Shown: positions 9,216-18,792, counted from the stretch's first letter. The stretch is 64,000 nt of DNA from an uncultured Candidatus Rokubacteria bacterium (GCA_963771355.1 CAVYTA010000006.1:1696001-1760000); one strand, 5' to 3'. Notes: generated from the letters alone by a model not told the origin. Translations and numbers: made by a program.

Positions 9216-10439
9216 TCAGTTACCCGTGCGGAGCTTCTTCACGTCGTCGTCGGATGGCAGCACCTTCTCGCCGGGAATGTACTCGTGATTGACCATCACG
9301 CCCACGCCGCGCTTGGGATCGACCTTGGTGGTGCCCACCCACGCGCCCATGGTGGACTGCCCGTCGGAGGCGCGGAAGGTGATGGGACCGATGGGGGTCT
9401 CCACCTTGAGACCCTTGAAGGCGGCCACGAGCTTGTCGGTGTCGGTGCCGCCCGCCTTGCGGATGGCCTCGAAGATCGAGAGATAGGTGACGTAGCCCAC
9501 CAGCGAGCCCAGCATGGGGGGCTTGTCGGTGCGCTTCTGGAACTTCGCCACGAACTCCTTGTGCGCGGGCGTCTGCACGTCGTACCAGGGATAGCCGGTG
9601 ACCAGGGTGCCCTCGGGGGCCTCGGGCCCCAGCGGATCGATGTACTCGGGCTCGCCGAGGAGGATCCCCACCACGAAGGTCTTCTGGAAGAGCCCGCGCT
9701 TCTGCGCCTCGCGGACGAAGGCCAGCCAGTCCGAGCCGAAGAGGGAGACGTAGAGCGCGTCCGGGTTCTGGTTCAGGATGGCCGTCACCATCGGCCCCGG
9801 CTCGATCTTGCCCAGAGTGGGCCAGTGCTCGCCCACGATCTGCACGTCGGGCTTCAGCTCCTTGAGCCGGTCGCGGAACGTCTCCCACGCGCGCTTGCCG
9901 TACTCGTAGTTGGGCCCGATGGTCGCCCACTTGGCGTACTTCATCTTGCCCGCCTTCTCCGCCAGCATGCGGCCCTGCTCGTAGGTGTTCGGGCGCACGC
10001 GCACCACGTAGTCGTGCCCCTTGGCCCACGTGAGCGCCTCGGTGAGGGGCTCGGCGGCCACGAACATGGTCTTGTTCTGCTTGGCCCAGTCCGACACCGC
10101 GAGGCCGACGTTCGAGAGGAAGGTGCCGGAGATGAGGGCGACCTTCTCCGAGGCCACCAGCTCCTGGGCGTGCTTCACCGCCTCCGCGGGCTGGCCCTTG
10201 TCGTCACGGAAGATCACCTCGACCTTTCGCCCATTGACCCCGCCCCGGGAGTTGATCTCCTCCACCGCCATCTCCACCGCGGCCTTGTACGGGCCGGTGA
10301 AGGGCGCGCCGATCCCGCTGAAGGAGTTGATCTCCCCGATGCGGATGGGCGGCGGCGTCTGGGCAACGGCGGGCCCGGTGGCGGCAAGGGTCACGGTCGC
10401 GAGCGCCAGGAAGACGAGGGCGGTGCGTCGCCAGGTCAT
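9216..10439 (-). CDS. HAAT ABC substrate-binding protein
   Basis: Signal peptide MTWRRTALVFLAL..AVAQ; AVEEINSRGGVNGRKVEVIFRDD, PNYEYG. SD AGGAGA precedes the ATG at 10439. Confidence 0.92.
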   Translation of the reverse strand: MTWRRTALVFLALATVTLAATGPAVAQTPPPIRIGEINSFSGIGAPFTGPYKAAVEMAVEEINSRGGVNGRKVEVIFRDDKGQPAEAVKHAQELVASEKVALISGTFLSNVGLAVSDWAKQNKTMFVAAEPLTEALTWAKGHDYVVRVRPNTYEQGRMLAEKAGKMKYAKWATIGPNYEYGKRAWETFRDRLKELKPDVQIVGEHWPTLGKIEPGPMVTAILNQNPDALYVSLFGSDWLAFVREAQKRGLFQKTFVVGILLGEPEYIDPLGPEAPEGTLVTGYPWYDVQTPAHKEFVAKFQKRTDKPPMLGSLVGYVTYLSIFEAIRKAGGTDTDKLVAAFKGLKVETPIGPITFRASDGQSTMGAWVGTTKVDPKRGVGVMVNHEYIPGEKVLPSDDDVKKLRTGN

Positions 10440-10516
10440 GGTGATCTCCTTGTGCCGGGGCGTGGGTCGGGCGGGCCGGGGCCGCTCGAGAGGGACGGAC
10501 GTCGACATCTGCGGAT

Positions 10517-10545
10517 TGAGTAACGCATCGGGAAATGCGTGTCAA
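10517..10545 (-). promoter_or_regulatory. Putative sigma70 promoter of the enamidase operon with a palindromic operator in the spacer
   Basis: TTGACA at 10545-10540. Inverted repeat ACGCAT-N6-ATGCGT at 10523-10540. The -10 element is weak. Confidence 0.5.
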
Positions 10546-10564
10546 GGCCGCCCGCGGGCGGCGG

Positions 10565-12985
10565 TCAGGAGCGCGAGGGCAACGCGGCGCGGGCGGCGTC
10601 GAGGAGAGGCGCGATCGGCTCGATGCGGGCCCGGCTGAAATCCACCGCCACGCGGAGCGCACGGAGCCCCGGCACCCCCTGCAGCTCCTCCAGCTCGAGA
10701 TTCTCGACCTCGCCGTGGAGTGAGCCGAGGGAGTGGAGATAGGCGATGTAGTCGCGGTACTCCGCCGCCTCCGACCCCTGCGAGTAGACGATGGCGATCT
10801 TGCCCGGCTGGGTCAGCCGCTCGGTGGATCCCCGCAGCACCGCCTTGTCGATGCGCTTCTTCATGATCTCGTAGCGAACGTTGTAGGCCCCGTCCACGTC
10901 GAAGCGCTTCTCGTCGAAGCGGAAGCGAATGGCCAGCGGCGCGTGCTGGACGAGGATGAGGTTGGTGATCTCGAGCGGCTCCGCCATCCGGGGCTTCACG
11001 CGCTCCACGTGCACCGCGATGCCGCAGGCCACCATGAGCTGCCAGAGGCGCAGGTTCTTCACGTGCAGCGGAGAGAAGGCCCCTTCCTCGAGCAGCGAGG
11101 CTCCCGCGTAGATGCTGTAGTCCACGCCGTCGGTGCGCTGCATCTCGAAGAAATGCGGGCTCAGCGCCTGGGCGGAGGCTTCCTCGGCTTCGAGGTAGGC
11201 GAGGATGGTATCGTTGATGAGCCCCACCGTGTCCTCGAAGGCGCGCCGGCGCTTGCCCACCGCGCCCAGCTGCGGATCCAGCGCCGCGCGATAGGCCTCG
11301 ATGCGGTCGCGCACCTCCGGGCCGTAGCCCTCGAGATGCTCGTAGAGGGTCTCGACTTCCCGGCGCAGGAAGGCAACCACCCCCGCCTCGTCCCCTGCGC
11401 CCATCCGGACCTCCACCGCGTCGGCGTGGGAGGCGATCCGGTGTCGGATCTGGTCGAGGATGGGCATGGGACGCATGCGATGGGCGGCCTCGAACACGTC
11501 CCGGGCCAGGCCGAGCTGGGCCAGCAGGTCGCCCTGGATGGCCCAGGACCGGTGGTTGGACGAGCCGCGGATGTCCGAGAGTGCGTACAGCGGGTGGACG
11601 TCGCGAAAGACGATAGGCTCCATCTCGCTGCCCGCGTCGGCCCCCCCCGCCGATCGCTCGAGCATGCTGAGCACGGCCTGGCGGAACCGCCACTCCACCA
11701 CCGGGTGGATGGCGGTGCACCGCTGCTTGATGACCGCCTGCACGCGGTTGTTCAGCTCGTCCATGCTGCGCTTCACCGCCATGGCGAAGAGCGGCATGAT
11801 CTGCAGCAGCTGCGGCGTGTGGGTGACGTTCAGCGCACCCGGGGTGGGAGAGACCAGCTTGAGCCCGCCAATGAGCTCGCCCTGGTAGAGGAGCGGCGCC
11901 ACCATCACGCTCCGATACCCCGCGGCGAGGAGGCCCTCCTCGACGCGGGTGCGGTCGGGATAGGTCTGGAGGTCCTCGATGATGATGGGGCGCTCCTCGC
12001 GCGCGGCCCGCTCGTGGATGGAGCCCGCGAAGTCGGCCACCTTCTGCTTCATGGAATCCGCGAAGATGCACGCGTGCTCGAAACGATTGCCGAACTGGAG
12101 GGTGAGCACCCGGTCGCCCTCGATGGCGGCCAAGCCCAGCTCCAGCTCGGGCCGGCGGAAGAGGGCCCGCATCTTGTCCTGCAGCTCCTGGAAGCGCTCG
12201 GTGGAGACGATGGACTCCTTGTCGATGAGGTCTCGCTCGATCGAGGACAGCACTTCCGGCTCCGTCACCTCGATCGCGCGCACCACCGAGAAGCCGCGGA
12301 TCACGAAGCGGTCGGCGGGCAGGATGTCCATCAGCACGGCGGCGTCGGCGGCGTGGGCGCGCACGCGCCGCAGATCTGCTTCGGACAGGGCGGGGGCCTC
12401 ACCGACCACGTCCACGTCGAGGAAGCGACGGCTGGTGATGAGCTTGAAGTGGCGGTCGAGGCCGGTATCGGGATCCTTGATGACGGCCACCCACGGGAAC
12501 TCGATGCCGAGGTCGACGCCATAGACGCGCTCCAGGATCAGCGAGTACGCGTTGAGGATGCGGACCTGCAGCACGAGCGCGATGTCCGCGTCCATGCGGA
12601 ACTGGAGCGCGCCGTCGGGACCGGCGAGCAACCGCTTGAAGCCCGGGGTGGAGTAGAAGCTCTGCAGCCGGAACGGCAAGAGGGCGGCCGCGTGCTCCTC
12701 GTTCTGGAAGGTGGGCGCGAAGACCGCGGTCATGAGCGCGTGGAGCAGGTCCTCGTGCGCCCTCACGGCGGCCGGATCGACCCCCGGGCCCGTCAGCCCC
12801 GGCGCCTCCCTCACCTGCTCCAGCACGGACCGGGCGGCAGCGGCGAACACGGATGCGCCGCCGGCGATCTCGTGCTCCCAGTACCGGATGAGGGGCGCCA
12901 GGCTGAACTCGGTCCGGAAGGGAAACCCCAGCACGGCCGAGGCGATGGAAGTCTGCGCTCCGGGCAGATGCGCGAGCGGGGTCAT
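10565..12985 (-). CDS. Large (~806 aa) GAF-domain protein of unknown function
   Basis: GAF-like segment (PIIIEDL..GYRSVMVAPLLYQGELIGGLKL). Conserved-looking C-terminus FDVDGAYNVRYEIMKKRIDKA..ERLTQPGKIAIVY..LEELQGVPGLRALR. Start reassigned to ATG 12985. Confidence 0.8.
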   Translation of the reverse strand: MTPLAHLPGAQTSIASAVLGFPFRTEFSLAPLIRYWEHEIAGGASVFAAAARSVLEQVREAPGLTGPGVDPAAVRAHEDLLHALMTAVFAPTFQNEEHAAALLPFRLQSFYSTPGFKRLLAGPDGALQFRMDADIALVLQVRILNAYSLILERVYGVDLGIEFPWVAVIKDPDTGLDRHFKLITSRRFLDVDVVGEAPALSEADLRRVRAHAADAAVLMDILPADRFVIRGFSVVRAIEVTEPEVLSSIERDLIDKESIVSTERFQELQDKMRALFRRPELELGLAAIEGDRVLTLQFGNRFEHACIFADSMKQKVADFAGSIHERAAREERPIIIEDLQTYPDRTRVEEGLLAAGYRSVMVAPLLYQGELIGGLKLVSPTPGALNVTHTPQLLQIMPLFAMAVKRSMDELNNRVQAVIKQRCTAIHPVVEWRFRQAVLSMLERSAGGADAGSEMEPIVFRDVHPLYALSDIRGSSNHRSWAIQGDLLAQLGLARDVFEAAHRMRPMPILDQIRHRIASHADAVEVRMGAGDEAGVVAFLRREVETLYEHLEGYGPEVRDRIEAYRAALDPQLGAVGKRRRAFEDTVGLINDTILAYLEAEEASAQALSPHFFEMQRTDGVDYSIYAGASLLEEGAFSPLHVKNLRLWQLMVACGIAVHVERVKPRMAEPLEITNLILVQHAPLAIRFRFDEKRFDVDGAYNVRYEIMKKRIDKAVLRGSTERLTQPGKIAIVYSQGSEAAEYRDYIAYLHSLGSLHGEVENLELEELQGVPGLRALRVAVDFSRARIEPIAPLLDAARAALPSRS

Positions 12986-13085
12986 GGGACGTCCAGTGTA
13001 GCACCGGAAGGCGCATGCTACGATGTGGGGCGATGCGCAACCGCCCCGTAAGTACTCGAGAGTACAAGCGCTCGTGCCAGCCCAC

Positions 13086-13829
13086 ATGAAGGTTCTCGGC
13101 GTCATCCCGGCCCGGCTTGCCTCCACCCGCCTGCCCCGCAAGGTCCTGCGGGAGATCGCGGGACTTCCGCTCGTGGTTCACGTGTACCAGGCCGCCCGTC
13201 GCTCCCCGCGCCTGGACGATCTCCTGGTTGCCACCGACTCCGACGAGGTCATCGCGACGTGCCGCGCCCATGGCATCCCCGCGGTGATGACCTCGCCCGA
13301 TCACTCCACCGGGACCGATCGGCTCTGGGAGGTGTCGCGCGGGCGGGAAGCCGACGTCTACGTGAACATCCAGGGCGATGAGCCGCTGGTCACGACCGGC
13401 CACATCGAGCGGCTCGTCCAGCCCTTCTTCGATGATCCGGCCGTGCAGGTGACCACGCTCAAGATCCTGGCCAAGCCGGAAGAGGTTCCCACGCGCACGG
13501 CCAACAAGGTCGTGACGAATATTCACGGCGACGCGCTGTACTTCTCGCGCCTGCCCATTCCCTACGACCGCGATAACCGCGGGGACGTCGTCTACTGGAA
13601 GCACCCCGGCTTCTACGCCTACCGTCGCGCGGCGCTGGAGCGCTACCATGCGCTGCCGCCCTCTCCCCTCGAGCGCGCCGAGCAGCTCGAGCAGCTGCGG
13701 CTGCTCGAGAACGGCATCCCGATCCGCGTCGTCGAGACCGACGAGCCCACGGTGGGCGTGGACACCGAGGATGATCTCCGCGCGGTGGAGGCGCTGCTCG
13801 CCCACCGCGGCCGCGCTCCGGCTTCCTGA
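13086..13829 (+). CDS. kdsB: 3-deoxy-manno-octulosonate cytidylyltransferase
   Basis: IPARLASTRLPRKVL, TGTDR, VNIQGDEP, ALYFSR..IP, EQLEQLR, GVDT. Confidence 0.95.
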   Translation: MKVLGVIPARLASTRLPRKVLREIAGLPLVVHVYQAARRSPRLDDLLVATDSDEVIATCRAHGIPAVMTSPDHSTGTDRLWEVSRGREADVYVNIQGDEPLVTTGHIERLVQPFFDDPAVQVTTLKILAKPEEVPTRTANKVVTNIHGDALYFSRLPIPYDRDNRGDVVYWKHPGFYAYRRAALERYHALPPSPLERAEQLEQLRLLENGIPIRVVETDEPTVGVDTEDDLRAVEALLAHRGRAPAS

Positions 13830-13844
13830 GCCGGCGTCTCGCCC

Positions 13845-15035
13845 GTGACCAATCGCTGGGGCATCCTCGCCCTGATCATGACCGCCCAGACCATGGCCAA
13901 TGTCGGCCCGCTGGGCATCCCCGCCATTGCGCCGCTGATCCGCGACAGCCTCGGGCTCTCCACCGCCCAGGCGGGCTCCTTTCTCTCCGCCTACTACATC
14001 GGCCCCTCGCTGATGTCCCTCCCCGCCGGACGCATGGCCGACCGCTGGGGCGTCACCGCGACCATGGTGATGGGCCAGCTCCTGATCGCCCTGGGTCTTT
14101 TCGCCGTCGCCGGCGCGAACAGCTTCACCATGCTGAGCGTGCTGATGGTCGTGGCGGGCGCGGGCTACGGCATGCTCAATCCCACCACCGCGAAGGCGGT
14201 CATCGCCTGGTTCCCGCGGCGCCATCGCGCCACCGTGGTGGGACTCAAGCAGGTCGGGCTCCCCTTCGGGGGCGCGCTCGGCGCACTCATCATGCCGCCG
14301 CTGGCCCTCTGGCTGGGCTGGCGCGAGGCAGTAGCGCTGTCCGCCACCGTGATCGCGCTGCTGGCCGGATTGAGCTGGCTGCTCTACCGCGATCCGCCCG
14401 AGCCCGAGGGGACGAAGACGATGGCGCCCGCGGCCAGCCTCGCCAGCGTCTTGCGCAACCGCGACCTCTGGCTGGTGGCCGCCTCCACCTTCATCTTCGC
14501 GGGCATGCAGACGGTGTGGATGGCCTATCTCGTGCTCTATCTCCGCGACGTGGTCGGGATGGCACTCATCACCGCCGCGCGATTCCTCGTGCTCGCGCAG
14601 CTCTCCGGCGCGGTGGGGCGCGTGGTGTTCGGTCTTCTGTCCGACCGCCTCTTCGGCGGGCGGCGGCGCATCGTGCTCGTCCTGGCCGGGCTGGGCTCCA
14701 CCGTCTGCACGCTCCTCATCGCGGCCACGGGCAGCGGGACGAGCCCGTGGCTCCTGAGCGCCCTCGCCCTGGCCTTCGGCTTCGTGGGCATCGGCTGGAA
14801 CGGTGTCCAGCACACCTTGCTGGCCGAGCTCGCCGGCCCGCGCTCGTCGGGCACCGCGGTGGGGCTGGGCCTCGCCATCTCGTCGTTTGGCGTCACCGCC
14901 TGCCCGCCGCTCTTCGGGGCCTTGGCGGAGCGGCTGGGAGGCTTCACCGTGCCGTGGTTCGTCCTTGCCGGCGCGATGCTGCTCTCGTTGTGCTTGCTCA
15001 TCCCGGTCCGTGAGGGAAGAATGGACGTCCCATGA
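13845..15035 (+). CDS. MFS transporter
   Basis: About 12 hydrophobic segments; GRMADRWG, WFPRRHRATVVG, GLLSDRLFGG. Confidence 0.9.
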   Translation: MTNRWGILALIMTAQTMANVGPLGIPAIAPLIRDSLGLSTAQAGSFLSAYYIGPSLMSLPAGRMADRWGVTATMVMGQLLIALGLFAVAGANSFTMLSVLMVVAGAGYGMLNPTTAKAVIAWFPRRHRATVVGLKQVGLPFGGALGALIMPPLALWLGWREAVALSATVIALLAGLSWLLYRDPPEPEGTKTMAPAASLASVLRNRDLWLVAASTFIFAGMQTVWMAYLVLYLRDVVGMALITAARFLVLAQLSGAVGRVVFGLLSDRLFGGRRRIVLVLAGLGSTVCTLLIAATGSGTSPWLLSALALAFGFVGIGWNGVQHTLLAELAGPRSSGTAVGLGLAISSFGVTACPPLFGALAERLGGFTVPWFVLAGAMLLSLCLLIPVREGRMDVP

Positions 15036-16342
15036 GCGACCGCGCCGTCTCCGCCCATCCGGCCGCGTCGGAGACGCCCTTCTACGGCTGGACCATTCTC
15101 GCCGCTGCCTTCGTCATCATCACCATGTCCATCGGCATGCTCTTCACGCTCGCCATCTTCCTCAAGCCGCTGGAAGAATCCATGGGCTGGAGTCGCTCGA
15201 GCATCAGCAGTGTCGGACTCCTCAACTGGGTGGTGATGGGGCTGGGCGGCGTGCTGGCGGGCTTCATCTCCGATCGCGTCGGCACTCGCGCGGTGGTGCT
15301 GGTGGGCAGCGGGGTCCTCGGGCTGGGCCTCGTGCTGTCCAGCCAGGTCACCGCGCTCTGGCAGCTCTACGTGACCTTCGGCATCCTCGTGGCGGGCGGG
15401 GTCAGCGCCTTCTACGTGCCGCTCACCGTCCTCGCCATCAAGTGGTTCGGCGACCGGCGCGGGATGGCCGCCTCCGTGGTCTCCGCGGGCAACGGCGCCG
15501 GCATCCTCCTCCTCTCGCCCCTCACCCGCTGGCTGGTGAACGAGCTGGACTGGCGCATGGCGTTCCTCATCCTGGGGGATCTCGCCTGGCTCGTGGTGAT
15601 ACCGGCGGCGCTGCTGTTGCGGGATGCGCCTAGCACTCTTGAAGGTTCGGCGGTTGGGCGACGCGGGCTTTTATTATCAGCGGGGGCCTCGAAATGGCCC
15701 CCGCTCTCCCCCCACGGCGGACAGCCCGCGAGCAGGGGACAAACCGTGGGGATAAGGCCGGGGGTGATCTTTCGCAGCTGGCCGTTCTGGGCGATCGCGC
15801 TGACGCATTTCGCGTGCTGCGCGGCCCACTCCGGGCCGATTTTCCACCTTGTCACCCACGCCATCGACCAGGGCGTGGCGCGGATGTCGGCGGCCGGTCT
15901 GCTGGGACTTTCCGGGCTGTCGTCGATCTTCGGGCGAGTGGGGACCGGCATCGTGGCCGACCGCGTCGGCGCCAAGCCTACCCTCATCGCGGCGCTGGCA
16001 CTCCAGGCCTTCACGGTATTCACCTTCCTCTTCGTCCGCGATCTCGGCCCGCTCTCGGCCCTGACCTTCGTCTTCGGCATCGCCTACGGCGCCTCCATGC
16101 CGCTCTATGCCCTGGTGACCCGGGAGTACTTCGGCGAGCAGGCGCTGGGCACGGCGTTCGGGGCGGTGTTCTTCATCTCGTGCATCGGGATGGGGCTCGG
16201 GTCGTACGGCGGTGGATTCCTCTACGATGCGCTCGGCTCCTACGCGTGGTTGTTCCTGGCCTCGGGCGCCATCGGCACCATGGCGGTGGTGATGGCCGTC
16301 GCGCTCCGGCCCCCGGCGCCGGCGCCCGTGCCCGCCGTGTGA
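15032..16342 (+). CDS. MFS transporter carrying a hairpin-element insertion in its central loop
   Basis: FYGW, GFISDRVG, KWFGDRRG, ADRVG, REYFG. Atypical segment at about 15630-15760. Confidence 0.9.
   Translation: MSDRAVSAHPAASETPFYGWTILAAAFVIITMSIGMLFTLAIFLKPLEESMGWSRSSISSVGLLNWVVMGLGGVLAGFISDRVGTRAVVLVGSGVLGLGLVLSSQVTALWQLYVTFGILVAGGVSAFYVPLTVLAIKWFGDRRGMAASVVSAGNGAGILLLSPLTRWLVNELDWRMAFLILGDLAWLVVIPAALLLRDAPSTLEGSAVGRRGLLLSAGASKWPPLSPHGGQPASRGQTVGIRPGVIFRSWPFWAIALTHFACCAAHSGPIFHLVTHAIDQGVARMSAAGLLGLSGLSSIFGRVGTGIVADRVGAKPTLIAALALQAFTVFTFLFVRDLGPLSALTFVFGIAYGASMPLYALVTREYFGEQALGTAFGAVFFISCIGMGLGSYGGGFLYDALGSYAWLFLASGAIGTMAVVMAVALRPPAPAPVPAV
15679..15751 (+). repeat. Palindromic repeat element, copy inside a CDS
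   Basis: Perfect 10-bp stem AGCGGGGGCC-TCGAAAT-GGCCCCCGCT (15679-15705) plus a second stem CCCCACGG/CCGTGGGG (15710-15751). Same core as 25509-25533. Confidence 0.75.
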
Positions 16343-16363
16343 CAGCTCGCAGCGGGATACCCG

Positions 16364-16393
16364 TTGACAGACGCAGCCTTCTTTGTTAAGAAT
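16364..16393 (+). promoter_or_regulatory. Putative sigma70 promoter of the CUT1 ABC operon
   Basis: TTGACA at 16364, 17-bp spacer, then TG-t-TAAGAAT. Confidence 0.55.
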
Positions 16394-16451
16394 TCTCCAC
16401 ACTTTACCGATACTCCGCCTGTGTCCGACCGACCATCCAAGGGGGATCAAC

Positions 16452-17801
16452 TTGAGCCACGAAAGCAACGATGCTTCCACCCTGTCCCTGGGCCGCCGCC
16501 GTTTCCTGCAGACCGCGGGTGTCGCCGCCGCGGCGGCGGGCGGAATCGAAGGCATCCTCGCCGCGCGCCGCGCGCCCGCCTTCGCCCAGGGCACCAAGCT
16601 CCACTGGGTGCGCTGGGTGGACTTCATCCCCGAGTCCGACGTCGAGCTCAAGCGCCAGATGCCGGAAGCCTCCAAGGCGCTCGGCGCCGAGGTCACGCTG
16701 GAGACCATCAACGCCAACGACCTCCAGCCCCGCATCACCGCCGCCGTCCAGTCCGGCTCCGGCGCCGACATCTTCAACTTCCAGTACAACTGGCCGCACC
16801 TCTACCAGAACGCCGTGGTCGACGTGTCCGACGTCGCCAACGCCCTGGCCAAGGCCGAGGGCGGCTTCTACGAGGTCTGGGGGCCGTCCTGCCAGGTCAA
16901 CGGCAAGTGGCTCTCGGTGCCGCACTCGATCGTGGGCAACGCGGTGGCCTACCGCAAGTCGTGGCTCAAGGAGGCCGGCGCCACCCAGTATCCGAAGACC
17001 TGGGATGACGCCCGCAAGCTCTTCGCCAGCCTCAAGAAGAAGGGCAAGCCCTACGGGCAGACCCTCGGCCACACCTTCGGCGACGCGCCGGTGTTCACCT
17101 ACACCCTGACCTGGGCCTTCGGCGGGGCCGAGACCGATCCGTCGGGGAAAAAGGTCGTCCTCAACTCCAAGGGCACGCTCGAGGCGGTCAAGTTCATGCA
17201 GGCGTTCTGGAAGGAGTGCTGCGACGAGGGCGGCCTGGCCTGGGACGACACCAACAACAACCGCGCCTTCCACGCCGGCGAGCTCTCCGCCACCCTGAAC
17301 GGCGCCTCCATCTACATCGTGGCCAAGCGGCAGAAGGAGAAGATCAAGGACGACAAGGGCGAGCCAATGTGGACCGACATCGACCACGCGCCGCTCCCCG
17401 CCGGGCCCGCCGGGTCCTACCTCCTCTTCCTCAACCAGTCGCACGCGGTCATGAAGTACGGCAAGAACCAGAAGCTCGCCAAGGACTTCCTCCTCTGGCT
17501 CCACAAGCCCGACAACTTCGGCAAGTGGTTCACCACGCAGGAAGGGTACTCCGTCGGCTCCACCAAGAAGTGGGAGAGCGACCCCATGTGGGGCAAGCTG
17601 GACGAGCCGCTGAAGATGTTCCGCACGGCGGCGCGCAATACCCGCCTCTTCGGCCACGCGGGCCCGTCCACCGCCAAGGCCACCGAGGCCTTCACCAAGT
17701 ACGTCATCACCGACATGTACGCCAAGGCCGTCCAGGGCATGAAGGCCGAGGACGCGGTGAAGTGGGCCGAAGGCGAGCTGAAGAAGATCTACGAGGCTTG
17801 A
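16452..17801 (+). CDS. CUT1 (sugar-type) ABC substrate-binding protein with a Tat signal
   Basis: GRRRFLQTAG twin-arginine motif; PKTWDD, WDDTNNNRAF. TTG start after an AAGGGGG SD. Confidence 0.9.
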   Translation: MSHESNDASTLSLGRRRFLQTAGVAAAAAGGIEGILAARRAPAFAQGTKLHWVRWVDFIPESDVELKRQMPEASKALGAEVTLETINANDLQPRITAAVQSGSGADIFNFQYNWPHLYQNAVVDVSDVANALAKAEGGFYEVWGPSCQVNGKWLSVPHSIVGNAVAYRKSWLKEAGATQYPKTWDDARKLFASLKKKGKPYGQTLGHTFGDAPVFTYTLTWAFGGAETDPSGKKVVLNSKGTLEAVKFMQAFWKECCDEGGLAWDDTNNNRAFHAGELSATLNGASIYIVAKRQKEKIKDDKGEPMWTDIDHAPLPAGPAGSYLLFLNQSHAVMKYGKNQKLAKDFLLWLHKPDNFGKWFTTQEGYSVGSTKKWESDPMWGKLDEPLKMFRTAARNTRLFGHAGPSTAKATEAFTKYVITDMYAKAVQGMKAEDAVKWAEGELKKIYEA

Positions 17802-17817
17802 GGCGGCCGGACCCGGC

Positions 17818-18783
17818 ATGAAGAAGACCATCGCGGGAGGATCGGGGAGCACGGCCGGCACCACCGTCGCGCTGTCGCGCCCCGATACTCGCCCCACCGG
17901 CTACGTGCGGATGCTGGAGAACGAGCGGCTCCTCGCCGCGCTCCTCCTCACCCCCACCGTGCTCCTTCTCGGGACGTTCATCGCCTACCCCTTCATCATG
18001 GGGGTATGGCTCTCGCTGTCGGACACCAGCGTCGGCAATATCGGCCACTTCGTGGGTCTCAAGAACTTCTTCAAGGCCTGGGACGACTCGATCTTCCAGA
18101 CCGCGTTCAAGAACACCTTCGTCTATACCTTCTGGGCCACCATCTTCAAGCTCGCGCTGGGGATGTGGCTGGCCTTGCTCCTCAACCGGAGCTTTCGCGG
18201 CAAGCGAATCATCCGGGCCTCCATGCTCCTGCCCTTCATCATCCCCACCGTGCTCTCGACTTTTGCCTGGCGCTGGATGTTCGATCCCACCTTCAGCGTG
18301 CTGAACTGGCTGCTCTACCAGGGCGGCTTCATCGTGACCAAGGTGCCGTTCCTGTCCGACGGTACCTACGGCATGTGGTGCGCCATCGTGGTGAATACCT
18401 GGCGCGGCATGCCCTTCTTCGCCATCACCCTCCTCGCGGGGCTCCAGACCATCAGTCCCGACCTCCAGGAGGCCGCGTCGCTCGACGGCGCCAATGGCTG
18501 GCACCGTTTCTGGCACGTGACCTGGCCGCTCCTCAAGCCGGTCACGGTGGTAGTGGTCGTCTTTTCGATCATCCAGACCTTCTCCGACTTCCAGCTGATC
18601 TACGTGCTCACCGGCGGGGGGCCCGCGAACTCCACGCACCTGGTGGCCACCTACGCCTATCAGGTAGGCGTCGCCACCGGACTGCTCGGTGAGGGCGCCG
18701 CCATCTCGCTGTTCATGCTCCCCGTCCTCTTCATCGTCGTCTGGGCCCAGCTGCGCTACCTCCGCCGCCTCGAAGGGGCATAG
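17818..18783 (+). CDS. CUT1 ABC permease (MalF-like)
   Basis: FVGLKNF, LLPFIIP, EAASLDGA, YVLTGGGP. Confidence 0.92.
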   Translation: MKKTIAGGSGSTAGTTVALSRPDTRPTGYVRMLENERLLAALLLTPTVLLLGTFIAYPFIMGVWLSLSDTSVGNIGHFVGLKNFFKAWDDSIFQTAFKNTFVYTFWATIFKLALGMWLALLLNRSFRGKRIIRASMLLPFIIPTVLSTFAWRWMFDPTFSVLNWLLYQGGFIVTKVPFLSDGTYGMWCAIVVNTWRGMPFFAITLLAGLQTISPDLQEAASLDGANGWHRFWHVTWPLLKPVTVVVVVFSIIQTFSDFQLIYVLTGGGPANSTHLVATYAYQVGVATGLLGEGAAISLFMLPVLFIVVWAQLRYLRRLEGA

Positions 18784-18792
18784 CAGAACTCG

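Noticed and set aside
10733..14813. Long ORFs 10733..13051 (+) and 12399..14813 (-)
   Set aside because: Shadow or alternate-frame ORFs over the GAF, kdsB and MFS genes, with no recognisable domains.
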